Below are positions 23,945 through 24,000 of a DNA stretch of 24,000 nucleotides, in pieces; the first letter of the stretch is position 1; every line of letters starts with the position of its first letter. This stretch comes from Gammaproteobacteria bacterium (GTDB taxonomy: Bacteria; Pseudomonadota; Gammaproteobacteria; Xanthomonadales; SZUA-36). The DNA lies in assembly GCA_021772935.1 (NCBI GenBank), contig JAJFLA010000045.1, positions 1-24,000 of the forward strand, written 5' to 3'. The position numbers were made by a program, and so were the translations under genes. The notes under the pieces are model-generated. The model saw only the letters and a program-made list of their open reading frames with translations. It did not search any database and was not told where the DNA came from.

Positions 23945-24000
23945 CTGCGTGGGTTTAATGGGTGAGTTCCATTTCCAGGTAAAGCCGCGAACATTGAACC

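Noticed and set aside
1-24000. Scan for CRISPR arrays, tRNA and rRNA genes, and long direct repeats
   Set aside because: No spaced repeat arrays, cloverleaf-capable segments or rRNA-like regions were seen. Intergenic gaps are short (330 bp or less) and are accounted for above. This was a by-eye scan, not a computational one.

Overview
A densely coding 24-kb chromosomal segment whose gene content looks proteobacterial, probably gammaproteobacterial and facultatively anaerobic. I saw no rRNA, tRNA or CRISPR. From left to right:

- **Left edge (1-2653):** the end of an IS3-family insertion sequence appears to truncate a membrane sensor gene. Next come a possible decayed receiver-domain remnant and an otherwise complete hybrid histidine kinase whose H-box histidine is replaced by tyrosine.
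- **2675-7154:** a secreted prolyl oligopeptidase, a CDF metal transporter, a small acidic repeat lipoprotein and a secreted CxxC redoxin.
- **7231-9631:** a YjjI/YjjW-type orphan glycyl-radical enzyme and its activase.
- **9759-13753:** an NPP-type phosphodiesterase tightly linked to a fused MFS/spermidine-synthase-like membrane protein.
- **13792-17535:** a perfect FNR-type box lies ahead of a Yip1-domain membrane protein and a 2-oxoacid:ferredoxin oxidoreductase with an unusual alpha plus beta-gamma-fusion layout.
- **17547-21875 (minus strand):** a co-directional block of a cysteine-rich radical SAM enzyme translationally coupled to an ArsM-like methyltransferase, then a secreted methyltransferase and a membrane acyltransferase. 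A rhodanese gene is transcribed divergently from this block.
- **Right edge:** a DUF1329-type periplasmic protein.

The best candidate for an undescribed system is the radical SAM / ArsM-like pair, which may be an organo-metalloid or thiol-chemistry pathway. Its radical SAM gene also has no canonical in-frame start covering its conserved N-terminus. All functional calls rest on motifs read from the translations; no database search was possible.
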